Below are positions 43,456 through 53,260 of a stretch of DNA of 55,136 bases, piece after piece. The DNA is taken from NCBI GenBank assembly GCA_035536255.1, contig DATLOP010000228.1:1-55136 (forward strand). The letters run 5' to 3'. Below the pieces are notes generated by a model. The model was not told where the DNA came from, did no database searches, and was given only the letters and a program-made list of their open reading frames with translations. Made by a program: the position numbers and the translations under genes. Within the stretch, counting starts at the first letter, position 1. Each line of letters opens with the position of its first letter. This DNA comes from Solirubrobacteraceae bacterium. GTDB taxonomy: Bacteria; Actinomycetota; Thermoleophilia; Solirubrobacterales; Solirubrobacteraceae.

Positions 43456-44344
43456 GGGCCGGGCGGCCTCGGGGCTGCGCGCGCGCCTGAACGCGATCGG
43501 TCCCGTCCGCGCTCTGTTGACGCGGCCCGCCGTCGAGCACGTCGTCGCGCTCGTCAACCGCTCCAGCGTCATCGCCCGCGGGCGGGCGCGCTTCCTGGCG
43601 CGCGAGCTGCTGGGCCGCCGCGACGAGGTGCTGTATCCGGTGCGCGGGTTCCCGCACCCGGTCCTCGTGCGCCACGGGTCGGCCGACGTGGTCACCCTGG
43701 ACGACGTCTTCTACTCGCGCGACTACGACGTGCCGCCGCCCGTCGAGGAGGTGCTGGCGGCCGCGGACCGGCCGCTGCGCGTGCTCGACCTCGGCGGGAA
43801 CGTCGGGTACTTCGGCGCCTTCGTGCTGGCCGGGTACCCCGACGCCGAGATCACCTCGGTCGAGGCCGACCCACGCAACGCCCGGGCCCTGCGCCGGGTC
43901 GTGGCCGCGACCGGGCAGGGCAACCGCTGGAAGGTGATCGAGGCCGCCGCCTCGACCGGGGAGGGCACGGCGCGCTTCGTCCAGGCGCTCTACTCGACGG
44001 CGCACGTGGCCCGCGCGGGAGAGACGTCGGCGACGACCGAGGTCCCCGCGATCGACGTGCTGCCCCTGCTGGACGGGGCCGACCTGGTGAAGATCGACAT
44101 CGAGGGTTCGGAGTGGCCCATCCTGGCCGACCCGCGCTTCCCCGCCGCCGCGATTCGCGCCGTCGCCCTCGAGTACCACCCGGAGGGCTGTCCCGAGCCC
44201 GACGCGCGGACGGCCGCCGAGCGGATCCTGCGCGAGGCGGGCTACGCGACTCGGCCCGGCGGGCACCACCCGGCGGGCATGGGCGTCATGTGGGGCTGGC
44301 GTTCGGAGCCGGCGCCCACCGGCGCTCCAGCTCCGCCACGCTGA
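43442..44344 (+). CDS. FkbM-family methyltransferase
   Basis: VLDLGGNVGYFGAFVL...SVEADPRN...LVKIDIEGSEWPIL. ATG 43442. Confidence 0.8.
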   Translation: MPAAEGRAASGLRARLNAIGPVRALLTRPAVEHVVALVNRSSVIARGRARFLARELLGRRDEVLYPVRGFPHPVLVRHGSADVVTLDDVFYSRDYDVPPPVEEVLAAADRPLRVLDLGGNVGYFGAFVLAGYPDAEITSVEADPRNARALRRVVAATGQGNRWKVIEAAASTGEGTARFVQALYSTAHVARAGETSATTEVPAIDVLPLLDGADLVKIDIEGSEWPILADPRFPAAAIRAVALEYHPEGCPEPDARTAAERILREAGYATRPGGHHPAGMGVMWGWRSEPAPTGAPAPPR

Positions 44345-45251
44345 CGGGCCCGCATGCGGCGCGCAGGCGCCGGCGCCGGCGCAGCGCCGCGGGCAGGCGC
44401 GGGAGCAGGCTCAGCGACGCGGGCCAGTAGTAGGGCTTGCGGACGCTGCGCCGCAGCTCGGCCCACAGGTAGCCGCGCAGGTCGTTGCCGTCGAGCAGCA
44501 GCGACAGGTGGATCAGGCGCCGGTTGCGGTACACGCCGAGCTCCAGGCGGCGCGGTGAGATCGTGCGCTTCACCGTCGCCCCGCTCTCGTGGGCGAACTC
44601 CACGCCGGGCGCGAACAGCGAGCGCCGGCCGTGCAGCCACGCCACCAGGCCCAGGTCGACGTCCTCCCAGTACAGCGACGGCAGGTTGGTCCAGAACCCG
44701 CCCAGCGACCGGAACCACTCGCGGTCGTACAGCGCGGCGCCGCCCGACACGTAGGCGACGTCCGCCACGCCCGTCGCGCCCTCCAGCCCCGCGGGCTCGA
44801 TGGTCCACTCGTCCTCCCAGCGGACGGCGGTCGGGCCGGAGTCGATGCGCCCGCCTTCCACGTCGCGCACCAGGCCGCCCACGGCGAAGGCGCCGGGCTC
44901 GGAGCGCAGGACGTCCCACAGGGCGTCGACGGCGTGCGGCGGCGGGCTGATGTCGCTGTTCAGCGCCATGAACGCGCGACAGCCGATGCGCTCCACGGCG
45001 ACGTTGTAGCCCTGGAGCTTGTGGTTGCGCTGCAGCGCGACGAACTCGACCTCGGGGAAGTCCGCGACGACCCGGCGCGAGTCGTCCTCGCTGGCGTTGT
45101 CGACGACGTAGGCCCGCGTCGGGACCCGGGCGTTGCGCGCCGCCTCGACCACCGACGGCAGGTGCCGGCGCAGCAGGTCGGCGCCGTTCCAGTTGAGCAC
45201 GAGCAGCGCGATCTCGGGCGTCTCGGTCGCGGGCGCCATGGCCCTGACCAT
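44286..45251 (-). CDS. Glycosyltransferase family 2
   Basis: IALLVLNWNGADLLRRHLPSV...YVVDNASEDDS...LNSDI...LYWEDVDLG. Confidence 0.8.
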   Translation of the reverse strand: MVRAMAPATETPEIALLVLNWNGADLLRRHLPSVVEAARNARVPTRAYVVDNASEDDSRRVVADFPEVEFVALQRNHKLQGYNVAVERIGCRAFMALNSDISPPPHAVDALWDVLRSEPGAFAVGGLVRDVEGGRIDSGPTAVRWEDEWTIEPAGLEGATGVADVAYVSGGAALYDREWFRSLGGFWTNLPSLYWEDVDLGLVAWLHGRRSLFAPGVEFAHESGATVKRTISPRRLELGVYRNRRLIHLSLLLDGNDLRGYLWAELRRSVRKPYYWPASLSLLPRLPAALRRRRRLRAACGPVSVAELERRWAPAPNASPT

Positions 45252-45287
45252 GCCAGACGAAGGCGCAACTACACTCTGCGCCGCTCC

Positions 45288-46790
45288 ATGCCCTCCGCGT
45301 CGGATCCCGAGCCGGACCCGCGCCCGCTGGGCACCGAGGTACTCGACACCCCCGCCGCCGGGAGCCTGGTCATCCGCGGTGGCGCGATCCGGGCGGGCGG
45401 GTACGTCGCCGGGGTCGCGCTGAGTGTGCTGGCCGTGGCGATCCTCATCCGCCAGCTCGGCGCGGCCGACTACGGGCGCTACATCACGGTGATCTCGCTC
45501 GTGACCATCGTCGGCGCGCTGGCCGAGGCGGGGATGACCAACCTCGGCATCCGCGAGTACTCGACGCTGGAGGGCGCCGAGCGCGACCGCCTGATGCGCA
45601 ACCTGCTCGGTCTGCGCGTCGCGATCTCGGTCCTGGGGCTGGCCGTGGCCGTGGTCTTCGCGCTCCTGGCGGGCTACTCGGAGGTGATGGTCGTGGGGAC
45701 CCTGGTGGCCGGGCTGGGGCTCCTGCTGGCCAACCTGCTGGGCGCGGTCAGCGTGCCGCTCGCCGCCCGCCTGGCCCTCGGCCGGCTGACGATCGTCGAC
45801 CTCCTGCGCCAGGTCGTCACGGTGGTGGCAACCGTGGCGCTCGCCGCGGCCGGCGCCGGCCTGCTGGCCTACCTGGCGGTCCCCCTCCCGGCGGCGGCCG
45901 CCTCGATGGTCCTGACCCTGGTGTGGGTGCGCGGCGCCATCCCCCTCGCGCCGGCGTTCGACCGAGCGGTGTGGGGACGCCTGCTGCGCGTCGTCGCCTC
46001 GTTCGCGGCCGCCGCCGCCGTCGGGACGCTCTACGTGTACGTGATCGTGCTGGTGATGTCGCTGGTCTCCAGCGACACCGAGATCGGGTACTTCGGCGCG
46101 TCCTTCCGCGTCTTCCTAGTCGTGGGGAGCGTGGCCGGCCTGCTCGTGTCATCCGCCTTCCCGGTCCTGTCCCGGGCGGCGCGCGACGACCACGTACGCC
46201 TGCGCTATGCGCTCCAGCGGCTGTTCGAGGTGTCCGTGATCGTGGGGATGTGGGGGGCGCTGTGCACGGTCCTGGGCGCCGAGATCGCCATCGACGTAGT
46301 TGCCGGACCCGACTTCGGCCCCGCGGTCCCCACGCTGCGCATCCAGGGCGGGGCCGTGTTCGCCAGCTTCCTGCTGGCGACATGGGGCTTCGCGATCATC
46401 TCGCTGCACCGCCACGCCGCCCTGCTCGTGGCCAACGCGATCGCGCTGGCGCTGAGCCTGGGGTTCTCGATCGCGCTCGTCCCGGGCCTGGGCGCGCAGG
46501 GCGCCGCCCTCGCCACCGTGATCGGCGAGACCGGGCTCGCACTGGCCTACCTCGTCGCGCTCGTTCGCCACAGCCCGGAGCTGCGACCCGAGCTTGGCGT
46601 GCTGGCCAGGGTCCTGCCCGCGGGCGGGGTCGCGCTGGGCGCGGCGGTGCTACCTGGGCTGGCGCCGGTGCCCGCCGTGGCCGTGGCCACCGTGGTGTAC
46701 GCGGTCCTGGTGCTCGTCCTGCGGGCGGTCCCGCGCGAGCTGCTGGACGCCGCGCCGCGGCCGGGCGGCGCTAGATTCCGGCGCCCATGA
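45288..46790 (+). CDS. wzx: Second Wzx-type flippase (MOP family)
   Basis: ATG 45288. About 500 aa with 12-14 TM segments; ...YGRYITVISLVTIVGALAEAGMTNLGIREY... The track ORF from 44589 is a shadow extension. Confidence 0.7.
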   Translation: MPSASDPEPDPRPLGTEVLDTPAAGSLVIRGGAIRAGGYVAGVALSVLAVAILIRQLGAADYGRYITVISLVTIVGALAEAGMTNLGIREYSTLEGAERDRLMRNLLGLRVAISVLGLAVAVVFALLAGYSEVMVVGTLVAGLGLLLANLLGAVSVPLAARLALGRLTIVDLLRQVVTVVATVALAAAGAGLLAYLAVPLPAAAASMVLTLVWVRGAIPLAPAFDRAVWGRLLRVVASFAAAAAVGTLYVYVIVLVMSLVSSDTEIGYFGASFRVFLVVGSVAGLLVSSAFPVLSRAARDDHVRLRYALQRLFEVSVIVGMWGALCTVLGAEIAIDVVAGPDFGPAVPTLRIQGGAVFASFLLATWGFAIISLHRHAALLVANAIALALSLGFSIALVPGLGAQGAALATVIGETGLALAYLVALVRHSPELRPELGVLARVLPAGGVALGAAVLPGLAPVPAVAVATVVYAVLVLVLRAVPRELLDAAPRPGGARFRRP

Positions 46791-48004
46791 CCGCCTCGCG
46801 GCCCACCGTCGTCGTCGTGCGCGGGCATCTCGTGAACCCGTGGGAGCTGCGTCCCTGGGAGCTGCTCACAGACCGCTTCGACGTCGCCTACCTGGCGAGC
46901 CGGCGCAACCAGTTCGACCCCGAGGGCCTGAAGCTGCGACCCATCCCGGCCCGTACTCGGCGCGACATGCTGCCGCCCGGCCGCCTCGGCGAGGTGGCGG
47001 CGGGCCTGGCCGGCGACGACTACCTCGGCCTGCCGGACAAGCTGCGCGGAGCCGCGATCGTGCACGGTGCCGAGCTCTCGTTCTGGTTCGCGGCGGCCGC
47101 GGCGCGAGCGCGCGCCGCTCCCGGGGCCACGTTCAAGCTGGTCCAGACGGTCTGGGAGACGATCCCGTTCCTGGAGACGTACCGCAACCGCCACGCCCGG
47201 ACCTTCCGCCGGGACGTCCTGCCCGCCACCGACCTCTTCCTCGCCGCGACCGAGCGCGCGCGCGACGCGCTGCTGCTGGAGGGGGTGCCCGCCGAACGCA
47301 TCGAGGTCTGCCCGCCCGGAATCGACCTCGAGCGCTTCGGGGCCGCACCGGGCGGACCGGCGCCCGGCGAGCACCTGCTGATCTCGCCTGGCCGGCTGGT
47401 GTGGGAGAAGGGCCATCAGGACGTGCTGCGCGCCGTGGCCGCGCTGCGCGACGGTCTGGCCGGCGACCCCGTGGCGCCACCGCGGGTCCTGATCGTCGGC
47501 CGGGGGCCGGAGGAGGCCCGCCTGCGCTCCTACGCCGCCGAGCTGGGGCTCGCGGACCGGGTCGAGCTCACCGCGGTCCCCTACGACGGGATGCCCGCGA
47601 TGTACGCCCGGGCGTCCGCGCTGGTGCTGGCCAGCCTCCCCATGGCCGGGGCGCAGTTCCATGTCTTCGACATCCCCCGGGTCTTCTGGGAGGAGCAGTT
47701 CGGGATGGTGTTCGCCGAGGCGATGGCCGCCGGGCTGGACATCCTCACCACGACCAGCGGGGCGATTCCCGAGGTGGTGGGGGACAGCGCGTCGTACTTC
47801 GCGCCCGGCGACTGGATGGGCCTGGCCCGCCTGCTCGCGGCCGGGCCCCTGTCGCGCCCGCCGGCCGCGCGGGTAGAGCACCCGCGCGAGCGGGTCGAGC
47901 GCTATTCCATCCAGGCCGCGGCGGCGCGCCTGGGCGACGCCTACGACCGGCTGATGCGCTCGAGCACGGCGAGCATCTCGGCGGCGGCGCGGTCCCACGA
48001 GTAG
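46787..48004 (+). CDS. Glycosyltransferase family 4
   Basis: ATGA-coupled start; ...LISPGRLVWEKGHQDVLRA...LIVGRGPE...WEEQFGMVFAEAMAAGLDILTTTSGAIPEVVGD. Confidence 0.8.
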   Translation: MTASRPTVVVVRGHLVNPWELRPWELLTDRFDVAYLASRRNQFDPEGLKLRPIPARTRRDMLPPGRLGEVAAGLAGDDYLGLPDKLRGAAIVHGAELSFWFAAAAARARAAPGATFKLVQTVWETIPFLETYRNRHARTFRRDVLPATDLFLAATERARDALLLEGVPAERIEVCPPGIDLERFGAAPGGPAPGEHLLISPGRLVWEKGHQDVLRAVAALRDGLAGDPVAPPRVLIVGRGPEEARLRSYAAELGLADRVELTAVPYDGMPAMYARASALVLASLPMAGAQFHVFDIPRVFWEEQFGMVFAEAMAAGLDILTTTSGAIPEVVGDSASYFAPGDWMGLARLLAAGPLSRPPAARVEHPRERVERYSIQAAAARLGDAYDRLMRSSTASISAAARSHE

Positions 48005-49053
48005 CCGGCGGCCCGCTCGCGCCCGGCCCGGCGCAGGCGCTCGCGCAGCGGCTCGGACTCCAGAACCTCGCGCAGGCCCGCCTCGATGCTCTCCACGCGG
48101 CGAGGGTCGACGTAGACGGCGGCGTCGCCGCCCACCTCGGGGAGGCTGGAGCCGTCGGAGGTGATGGTCGGCGCGCCGGCCTGCATGGCCTCCAGCACCG
48201 GCAGGCCGAACCCCTCGTAGAGCGACGGGTAGCAGAACGCCGTGCACATCCCGTACAGCGCCGCCAGGTCCTCGTCGGCGACGAAGCCGATCACGCGTAC
48301 GTCGCGGGGATTGGCGGTGAGCTTGGCGAGCAGCCCCTCCATCTCCCAGCCGGGCGGACCGGCCACGACGAGCGGGTGCTCCCGGCGCAGCGCCTCCGGC
48401 AGCCGGACGTAGGCCTCGACGCGCCGGGCGAGGTTCTTGCGCGGCTCCACCGTCCCGACCGAGAGGACGAACGACGTCGGAAGGTCGAGCCGGCGGCGGA
48501 CGGCGTCGCGCTCGGCAGGCGGGGTGGGGCGGGCGAACCGCGGATGGGCGGCGAAGGGGATCACCTGGCTCTTCGCCGCCGCCTCCGGCAGCAGCTCGAC
48601 GAGGTCGTCGCGCGTGGCCTGCGAGTTGCACAGCAGCACTGCGGCTCGGCGCACGGCCGGGCCCAGCGTCGCGCGCTCGATGCGCTGCGCGCGGCGCTGG
48701 GCCTCGTCGGGGTGCACGAACGCGATCATGTCGTGGACGATCGCCGCGGCCGGGACGCGCAGCATCCACAGCGTCAGGTAGCTGTTGGTGGAGAGGAAGA
48801 CGTCGCAGGCGCGAGTGGCCCGCCATGCGGTGGCGGCGTGCCACAGCGGGTCGGGCAGGCGCACGCGCTCCCAGGCGAAGCGCGAGTCCAGCGGGAGGTC
48901 CGCAGCCTCGCGGCAGTACAGGCGGTAGGAGTAGCGGTCGTCGCGCTCGGCCAGGGCGTTCAGCAGCTCGCGCACGACGCGGCCGCGGCCGGCCGGCACC
49001 TCCTTCGCCGCCCGCGCGTCGATCCCGATGGTCAGCGGCCGGCGGTCGGGCAC
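47941..49053 (-). CDS. Glycosyltransferase family 4
   Basis: GTG 49053; LTIGIDARAA...VLSVGTVEPRKNLARRVEA...FCYPSLYEGFGLPVLEAMQAGAPTITSDGSSLPEVGGDAAVY. The 3' end overlaps the convergent gene by 64 nt. Confidence 0.8.
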   Translation of the reverse strand: MPDRRPLTIGIDARAAKEVPAGRGRVVRELLNALAERDDRYSYRLYCREAADLPLDSRFAWERVRLPDPLWHAATAWRATRACDVFLSTNSYLTLWMLRVPAAAIVHDMIAFVHPDEAQRRAQRIERATLGPAVRRAAVLLCNSQATRDDLVELLPEAAAKSQVIPFAAHPRFARPTPPAERDAVRRRLDLPTSFVLSVGTVEPRKNLARRVEAYVRLPEALRREHPLVVAGPPGWEMEGLLAKLTANPRDVRVIGFVADEDLAALYGMCTAFCYPSLYEGFGLPVLEAMQAGAPTITSDGSSLPEVGGDAAVYVDPRRVESIEAGLREVLESEPLRERLRRAGRERAAGYSWDRAAAEMLAVLERISRS

Positions 49054-49075
49054 GGGCGGATGAAAGCATGACCCC

Positions 49076-50203
49076 GTGCGCGTGGGCCTCAACCTGATCT
49101 TCCTCGTGCCGGGGGAGACCGGTGGGATGGAGGTCGCCGCGCGCGAGCTCGTCCCCGCCCTGCGCGCGGCGGCCCCCGGCGTCGAGCTCGTCGGCTTCTT
49201 CAACCGCGAAGCGCAGGATGACCCGCTCACGGCCGAGGTCGAAGCCGTGACCGTCCCGGTCCGGGCCCGCAATCGCGTCGAGTGGGTTCGCGGCGAGCAG
49301 CAGCACCTCCCGCGCCTGGCCCGGCGGGCGGGGGTGGACGTGCTGCACTCGCTCGCCAGCACGGCGCCGCTGTGGGGCGCCTTCGCGCGGGTGGTCACCG
49401 TCCACGACCTGATCTTCCGGCTGCACCCCGAGGCCCACCAGGGTCTGCGGACACGCGGGATGGGATTGCTCGTGCCGCTCGCGGCGCGGCGCTCGGACCG
49501 GGTGATCGCGGTGTCGCGCAGCACGCGGGACGATCTCGTGCGCCACGTGGGCATCGCCGCCGCCAAGGTGGACGTCGTCCCCCAGGGGATGGGCGCGCCG
49601 GCGCGCGCCGATCCGGTCCCCGAGGCGCGGCTGCGCGAGCGCCACGCGCTCGGGTCCCGCGCGGTGGTGCTCTCGGTGTCGGCCAAGCGACCGCACAAGA
49701 ACCTCGCGCGCCTGCTCGAGGCGCTGGCCCTGATCGCGCCCGAGCGCCGGCCCGCGCTCGTCCTCCCGGGCTACCCGACGTGGCACGAGACCGAGCTGCG
49801 CGAGCGCGCGCGGGCGCTGGGCGTCGAGGGGGACGTGCGCTTCCTGGGCTGGATCGACGCCGCCGAGCTCGAGGGCCTGTACGCGCTGGCCGCCGCCTTC
49901 GTCTTTCCCTCCCTCTACGAGGGGTTCGGGCTTCCCGTGCTGGAGGCGATGAGCCGCGGCGTCCCCGTCGCCACGTCGGACCGCAGCTCGCTGCCCGAGG
50001 TGGCGGGGGACGCCGCCCTGCTGTTCGACCCCCTCTCCCCACGCGCGATCGCGACGGCGATGGAGACCCTGCTCGGCGACGCGCAGCGCGCCGAGCGCCT
50101 GCGCGCGGCCGGGCGCCGGCGGGCCGCGCAGTTCACCTGGGAGGCCACCGCCGCCGGAACGCTGGACAGCTACGAGCGCGCCCTGCGCGCCCCCTCGTCG
50201 TAG
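49076..50203 (+). CDS. Glycosyltransferase family 4
   Basis: MRVGLNLIFLVPGETGGME...VLSVSAKRPHKNLARLLEA...FVFPSLYEGFGLPVLEAMSRGVPVATSDRSSLPEVAGDAALLFDP. Confidence 0.85.
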   Translation: MRVGLNLIFLVPGETGGMEVAARELVPALRAAAPGVELVGFFNREAQDDPLTAEVEAVTVPVRARNRVEWVRGEQQHLPRLARRAGVDVLHSLASTAPLWGAFARVVTVHDLIFRLHPEAHQGLRTRGMGLLVPLAARRSDRVIAVSRSTRDDLVRHVGIAAAKVDVVPQGMGAPARADPVPEARLRERHALGSRAVVLSVSAKRPHKNLARLLEALALIAPERRPALVLPGYPTWHETELRERARALGVEGDVRFLGWIDAAELEGLYALAAAFVFPSLYEGFGLPVLEAMSRGVPVATSDRSSLPEVAGDAALLFDPLSPRAIATAMETLLGDAQRAERLRAAGRRRAAQFTWEATAAGTLDSYERALRAPSS

Positions 50204-51330
50204 GCGGCGGCGACCGTGCTCAGCGAGCCGTCCAGCGACAGCCGCGGGCCGTTGCGCCGGAACCACTCCCACGTAGAGCGGCGCAGGTCGTCGCCGCCGG
50301 CGTGGACGCGCAGGACGGCGGCGGCCAGGTCCTCCGGGGCGCTGGAGGGGGCGATCGCGCCGTTCACGCCGTCCTCCACCAGCTCGGTGGCCGCGTTGTC
50401 GGGGTCCTCGACGACCACGCTCGGAGTGCCCCGGGCCGCCGCCTCGACCACGACGAGCCCGTAGCCCTCGCGGCGGGAGGGCAGCAGCAGGCACAGCGCC
50501 CGGGAGAGCGCGCCGTCGATGACGTCGGAGTCGACGAACCCCGGCACCGCGACGGCGCCGTCCAGCCCGCCCTCGGCGACCAGCCGCTCGACCTCCTCGT
50601 GGTCGGGGCCGTCGCCGTAGATCTCCGCGCGCAGCTCCGGCATCGCCGCGCGGGCGACCGCGATCGCCGGGACGATGGCCGGCACCCGCTTCTCCGGGAT
50701 GTGACGCCCGGCGAACACGACCACCGGCTCGGCGGGACGCGGCGGCGGGGGGTCGAGCTCACCGGCGTAGATCCCGGTCAGCGCCGTCGGGTCCCCGCGC
50801 AGCCCCTCCTCGCGCAGCCGGCGCGCGTGCAGCCGCGAGAAGCAGTAGGCCCGCTGCGGGACCCGGACGCACAGGCGCTGCACCCACGACCCGATCGCGC
50901 CGCCGCCGCGACCCAGGTACTCGCGCCAGTAGTCGCGCGTCCAGAGCTCGAACCAGTCCACGACCAGCTGGAAACCGTGCACCGGCCGAACCGCGGCCGC
51001 CGCGAGCAGCGAGAAGTAGGGGAAGGAGGCCGTGTGCACGACGTCGTAGCGCCGCCCGCGGCGCAGAAGGTGCCACAGGACCCCGGCCCCGAAGACCAGC
51101 GGGGGCAGTATGCGCCGCCGGCCCTCGACGTACAGGCGCATCCGCGGCCCGACCGCGACGACCTCGACGCCCTCGACGTCGGCCCGCTCGCCGCGGTCCC
51201 ACTGGCGCAGGGTCAGCATCGTGACGTCGTGACCCTCCGCGGCCAGGCGCTCGCCCAGGTTGCGGTACCAGCGCTCGGCGCCACCCACCGTGTACGGGTA
51301 CAGGCAGTCGTAGACCAGGCAGATCCTCAC
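50170..51330 (-). CDS. Glycosyltransferase family 4
   Basis: GTG 51330; VRICLVYDCLYPYTVGGAERWY...VVFAGRHIPEKR...LLLPSRREGYGLVVVEAAARGTPSVVV. The track ORF to 52761 is a shadow extension. Confidence 0.8.
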   Translation of the reverse strand: MRICLVYDCLYPYTVGGAERWYRNLGERLAAEGHDVTMLTLRQWDRGERADVEGVEVVAVGPRMRLYVEGRRRILPPLVFGAGVLWHLLRRGRRYDVVHTASFPYFSLLAAAAVRPVHGFQLVVDWFELWTRDYWREYLGRGGGAIGSWVQRLCVRVPQRAYCFSRLHARRLREEGLRGDPTALTGIYAGELDPPPPRPAEPVVVFAGRHIPEKRVPAIVPAIAVARAAMPELRAEIYGDGPDHEEVERLVAEGGLDGAVAVPGFVDSDVIDGALSRALCLLLPSRREGYGLVVVEAAARGTPSVVVEDPDNAATELVEDGVNGAIAPSSAPEDLAAAVLRVHAGGDDLRRSTWEWFRRNGPRLSLDGSLSTVAAAYDEGARRARS

Positions 51331-51384
51331 GGGCCGGTACCATGCCAGGGTCCAAACGCGCGACTCTCGTCGCCGTCGCGCGTT

Positions 51385-52605
51385 ATGGGCTTCGACCGGG
51401 GATCGCTGGGGCCCCCACGGCAAATGAGCACCGTCGAACGGACAACCGCCGCGCTGCGCGCGCAGCCGCCCTCCGGAACGCCGCCGCGCGTATCCGTCGT
51501 GATCCCCTGCCTCAACGAGGCCGAGACGATCGAGGAGTGCGTCCGGCGCGCCCGCGCCGCGATGGACGAGGCCGCCATCCCCGGCGAGGTCGTGGTGGCC
51601 GACAACGGCTCCGAGGACGGCAGCGCCGAGCTCGCCGAGGCGGCCGGCGCCCACGTCGTCCGCGAGCCCCGGCGCGGGTACGGCAGCGCCTACCTGGCCG
51701 GGTTCGCCTCGGCGCAGGGCGACTACATCGTGATGGCCGACGCCGACCTCACGTACGACTTCGGCTACATCCCGCGCTTCGTCGCCGAGCTGGACGCCGG
51801 GGCCGAGATGGTGATCGGCGACCGCATGGACAACATCCATCCCGGCGCGATGCCCTGGCTGCATCGCTACGTGGGCAACCCGGTGCTCACCGGCACCCTC
51901 AACGCCTTCTTCCGCACCGGCATCAAGGATGCCCACTGCGGTATGCGCGGGTTTCGGCGCGACGTCCTCCCCCGGCTGGCCCTGCGGACGACCGGCATGG
52001 AGTTCGCCTCGGAGATGGTGATCCGCGCCGCCAAGGAGAAACTCGACGTCCGCCAGTTCCCCATCGAGTACCACCCGCGCGGCGGCGAGTCGAAGCTGTC
52101 GAGCTTCCGGGACGGCTGGCGGCACCTGCGCTTCCTGCTCGTCCACAGCCCGACCCACCTGTTCATCGTCCCGGGGGCGGCGATGGCGCTCCTGGGCGTG
52201 CTGGTGGCCGCCGTGGTCCTGACGCAGCTCGACGTGTTCGGGCGCTCGTGGGACCTGCACGCGATGGTCGCGGGCTCGCTGCTGATGATCGTCGGGGTCC
52301 AGGTGCTGGCACTGGGCCTGTGCGCCCACGCCTACGGCACGTACTTCATGGCCGAGCGCGACCCGTGGTTCGACCGCATGCGGGCGCGGTTCCGTCTCGA
52401 GCACGGGCTGCTGCTGGGCGCCGCGGTGATCGCGACGGGCTTCGCGATCGCAGCCGTGATCGTCGTGACCTGGATCGACCGGGGCTTCGGCGAGCTGTCC
52501 GAGGAGCGCCTGGCGGTGTGGGCGGCGACGCTCATCATCGTCGGGATTCAGATCTTCTTCTCGTCGTTTTTGCTTTCGATCCTCGGCCTGCGCCGCTCCA
52601 GCTAG
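51385..52605 (+). CDS. Membrane-anchored GT2 (GtrB / polyprenyl-phosphate hexose synthase-like)
   Basis: VSVVIPCLNEAETIEECV...VVADNGSEDGS...MADADLTYD...GMRGFRRD, followed by about four C-terminal TM helices. ATG 51424 (MSTVERT) is an alternative start. Confidence 0.8.
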   Translation: MGFDRGSLGPPRQMSTVERTTAALRAQPPSGTPPRVSVVIPCLNEAETIEECVRRARAAMDEAAIPGEVVVADNGSEDGSAELAEAAGAHVVREPRRGYGSAYLAGFASAQGDYIVMADADLTYDFGYIPRFVAELDAGAEMVIGDRMDNIHPGAMPWLHRYVGNPVLTGTLNAFFRTGIKDAHCGMRGFRRDVLPRLALRTTGMEFASEMVIRAAKEKLDVRQFPIEYHPRGGESKLSSFRDGWRHLRFLLVHSPTHLFIVPGAAMALLGVLVAAVVLTQLDVFGRSWDLHAMVAGSLLMIVGVQVLALGLCAHAYGTYFMAERDPWFDRMRARFRLEHGLLLGAAVIATGFAIAAVIVVTWIDRGFGELSEERLAVWAATLIIVGIQIFFSSFLLSILGLRRSS

Positions 52606-52615
52606 CCCTCGGTAC

Positions 52616-53260
52616 GTGCGCCAGGCCGCAGCCATTGCCGCCGCGCTGGCACTGCTGGCCGGCGCGCTAGCCGCGGTGCTCTCCGCGCGGGACCCGCGCC
52701 TGGCGGCCACCAACAGCCGGGTCGTGTTCAGCGCCGTCGCGCTGCGGGTCAAGCCCGGCACCCAGCGCTGCTCGGTGTCGTCCTACATCCCGAAGGGCGC
52801 GTCCTCAGTGGTGGTGTTCGCCGGGACCGACGGCCGGCCCGGGCCGCCCCTGCGCGTGGAGGTCTTCTGGGGCCGGGCCCGGGTGAGCTCCGGCGCCGTA
52901 CGCGGCGGGTACCGCAGCGGTCCGCTGAGGATCGCGCTGCGCCCCCTGCGCCGCGACGCGTTCGCGGCCTGGGTCTGCATGCGCAACCTCGGCGGCTCGC
53001 GCGTGCGCTTCGCCGGCAACGCCACTCCGCAGAGTCCGTACGCCTCGCAGGGCACCGGCGGCGACGTCATCCGCTACGACTTCTACCGGTCCGGGCCCGA
53101 GACCTGGTGGGCGGTCGCCCCCGCCGTCGCCGAGCGCTTCGCGCGGGTGAAGCCGTCGTGGGTGGGGGAGTGGACCCTGTGGGTGGTCCTGGGCGCCGCG
53201 CTGCTGGTCGGCGCCGGCGCAAGCGTCCTCGTGCGCCGGGAGACGCGATGCGGCGTTTGA
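52616..53260 (+). CDS. Bitopic membrane protein of unknown function
   Basis: 214 aa. N-terminal TM (AAIAAALALLAGALAAVL), a central domain of about 150 aa, and a C-terminal TM (WTLWVVLGAALLVGAGASVLV). Lies between the GT2 and the DUF2142-like gene. Confidence 0.5.
   Translation: MRQAAAIAAALALLAGALAAVLSARDPRLAATNSRVVFSAVALRVKPGTQRCSVSSYIPKGASSVVVFAGTDGRPGPPLRVEVFWGRARVSSGAVRGGYRSGPLRIALRPLRRDAFAAWVCMRNLGGSRVRFAGNATPQSPYASQGTGGDVIRYDFYRSGPETWWAVAPAVAERFARVKPSWVGEWTLWVVLGAALLVGAGASVLVRRETRCGV

Noticed and set aside
46547-50494. 1315-aa minus-strand ORF
   Set aside because: Arg/Gly/Pro-rich with no motifs. It overlaps four well-supported GT4 or flippase genes. Only the in-frame segment 47941-49053, which is in a different minus frame (the 47941..49698 track ORF), looks real.
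49282-51384. N-terminal 700 aa of the 49282..52605 track ORF, and similar long extensions of 20186..21964, 34188..35660, 35252..36436, 37656..38750, 38737..40167, 39660..42092, 42076..43455, 44589..46790, 47941..49698 and 50170..52761
   Set aside because: In each case the recognisable domain begins at an internal ATG or GTG that is translationally coupled to, or closely follows, the upstream gene's stop. The extension overlaps a better-supported gene and is low-complexity.
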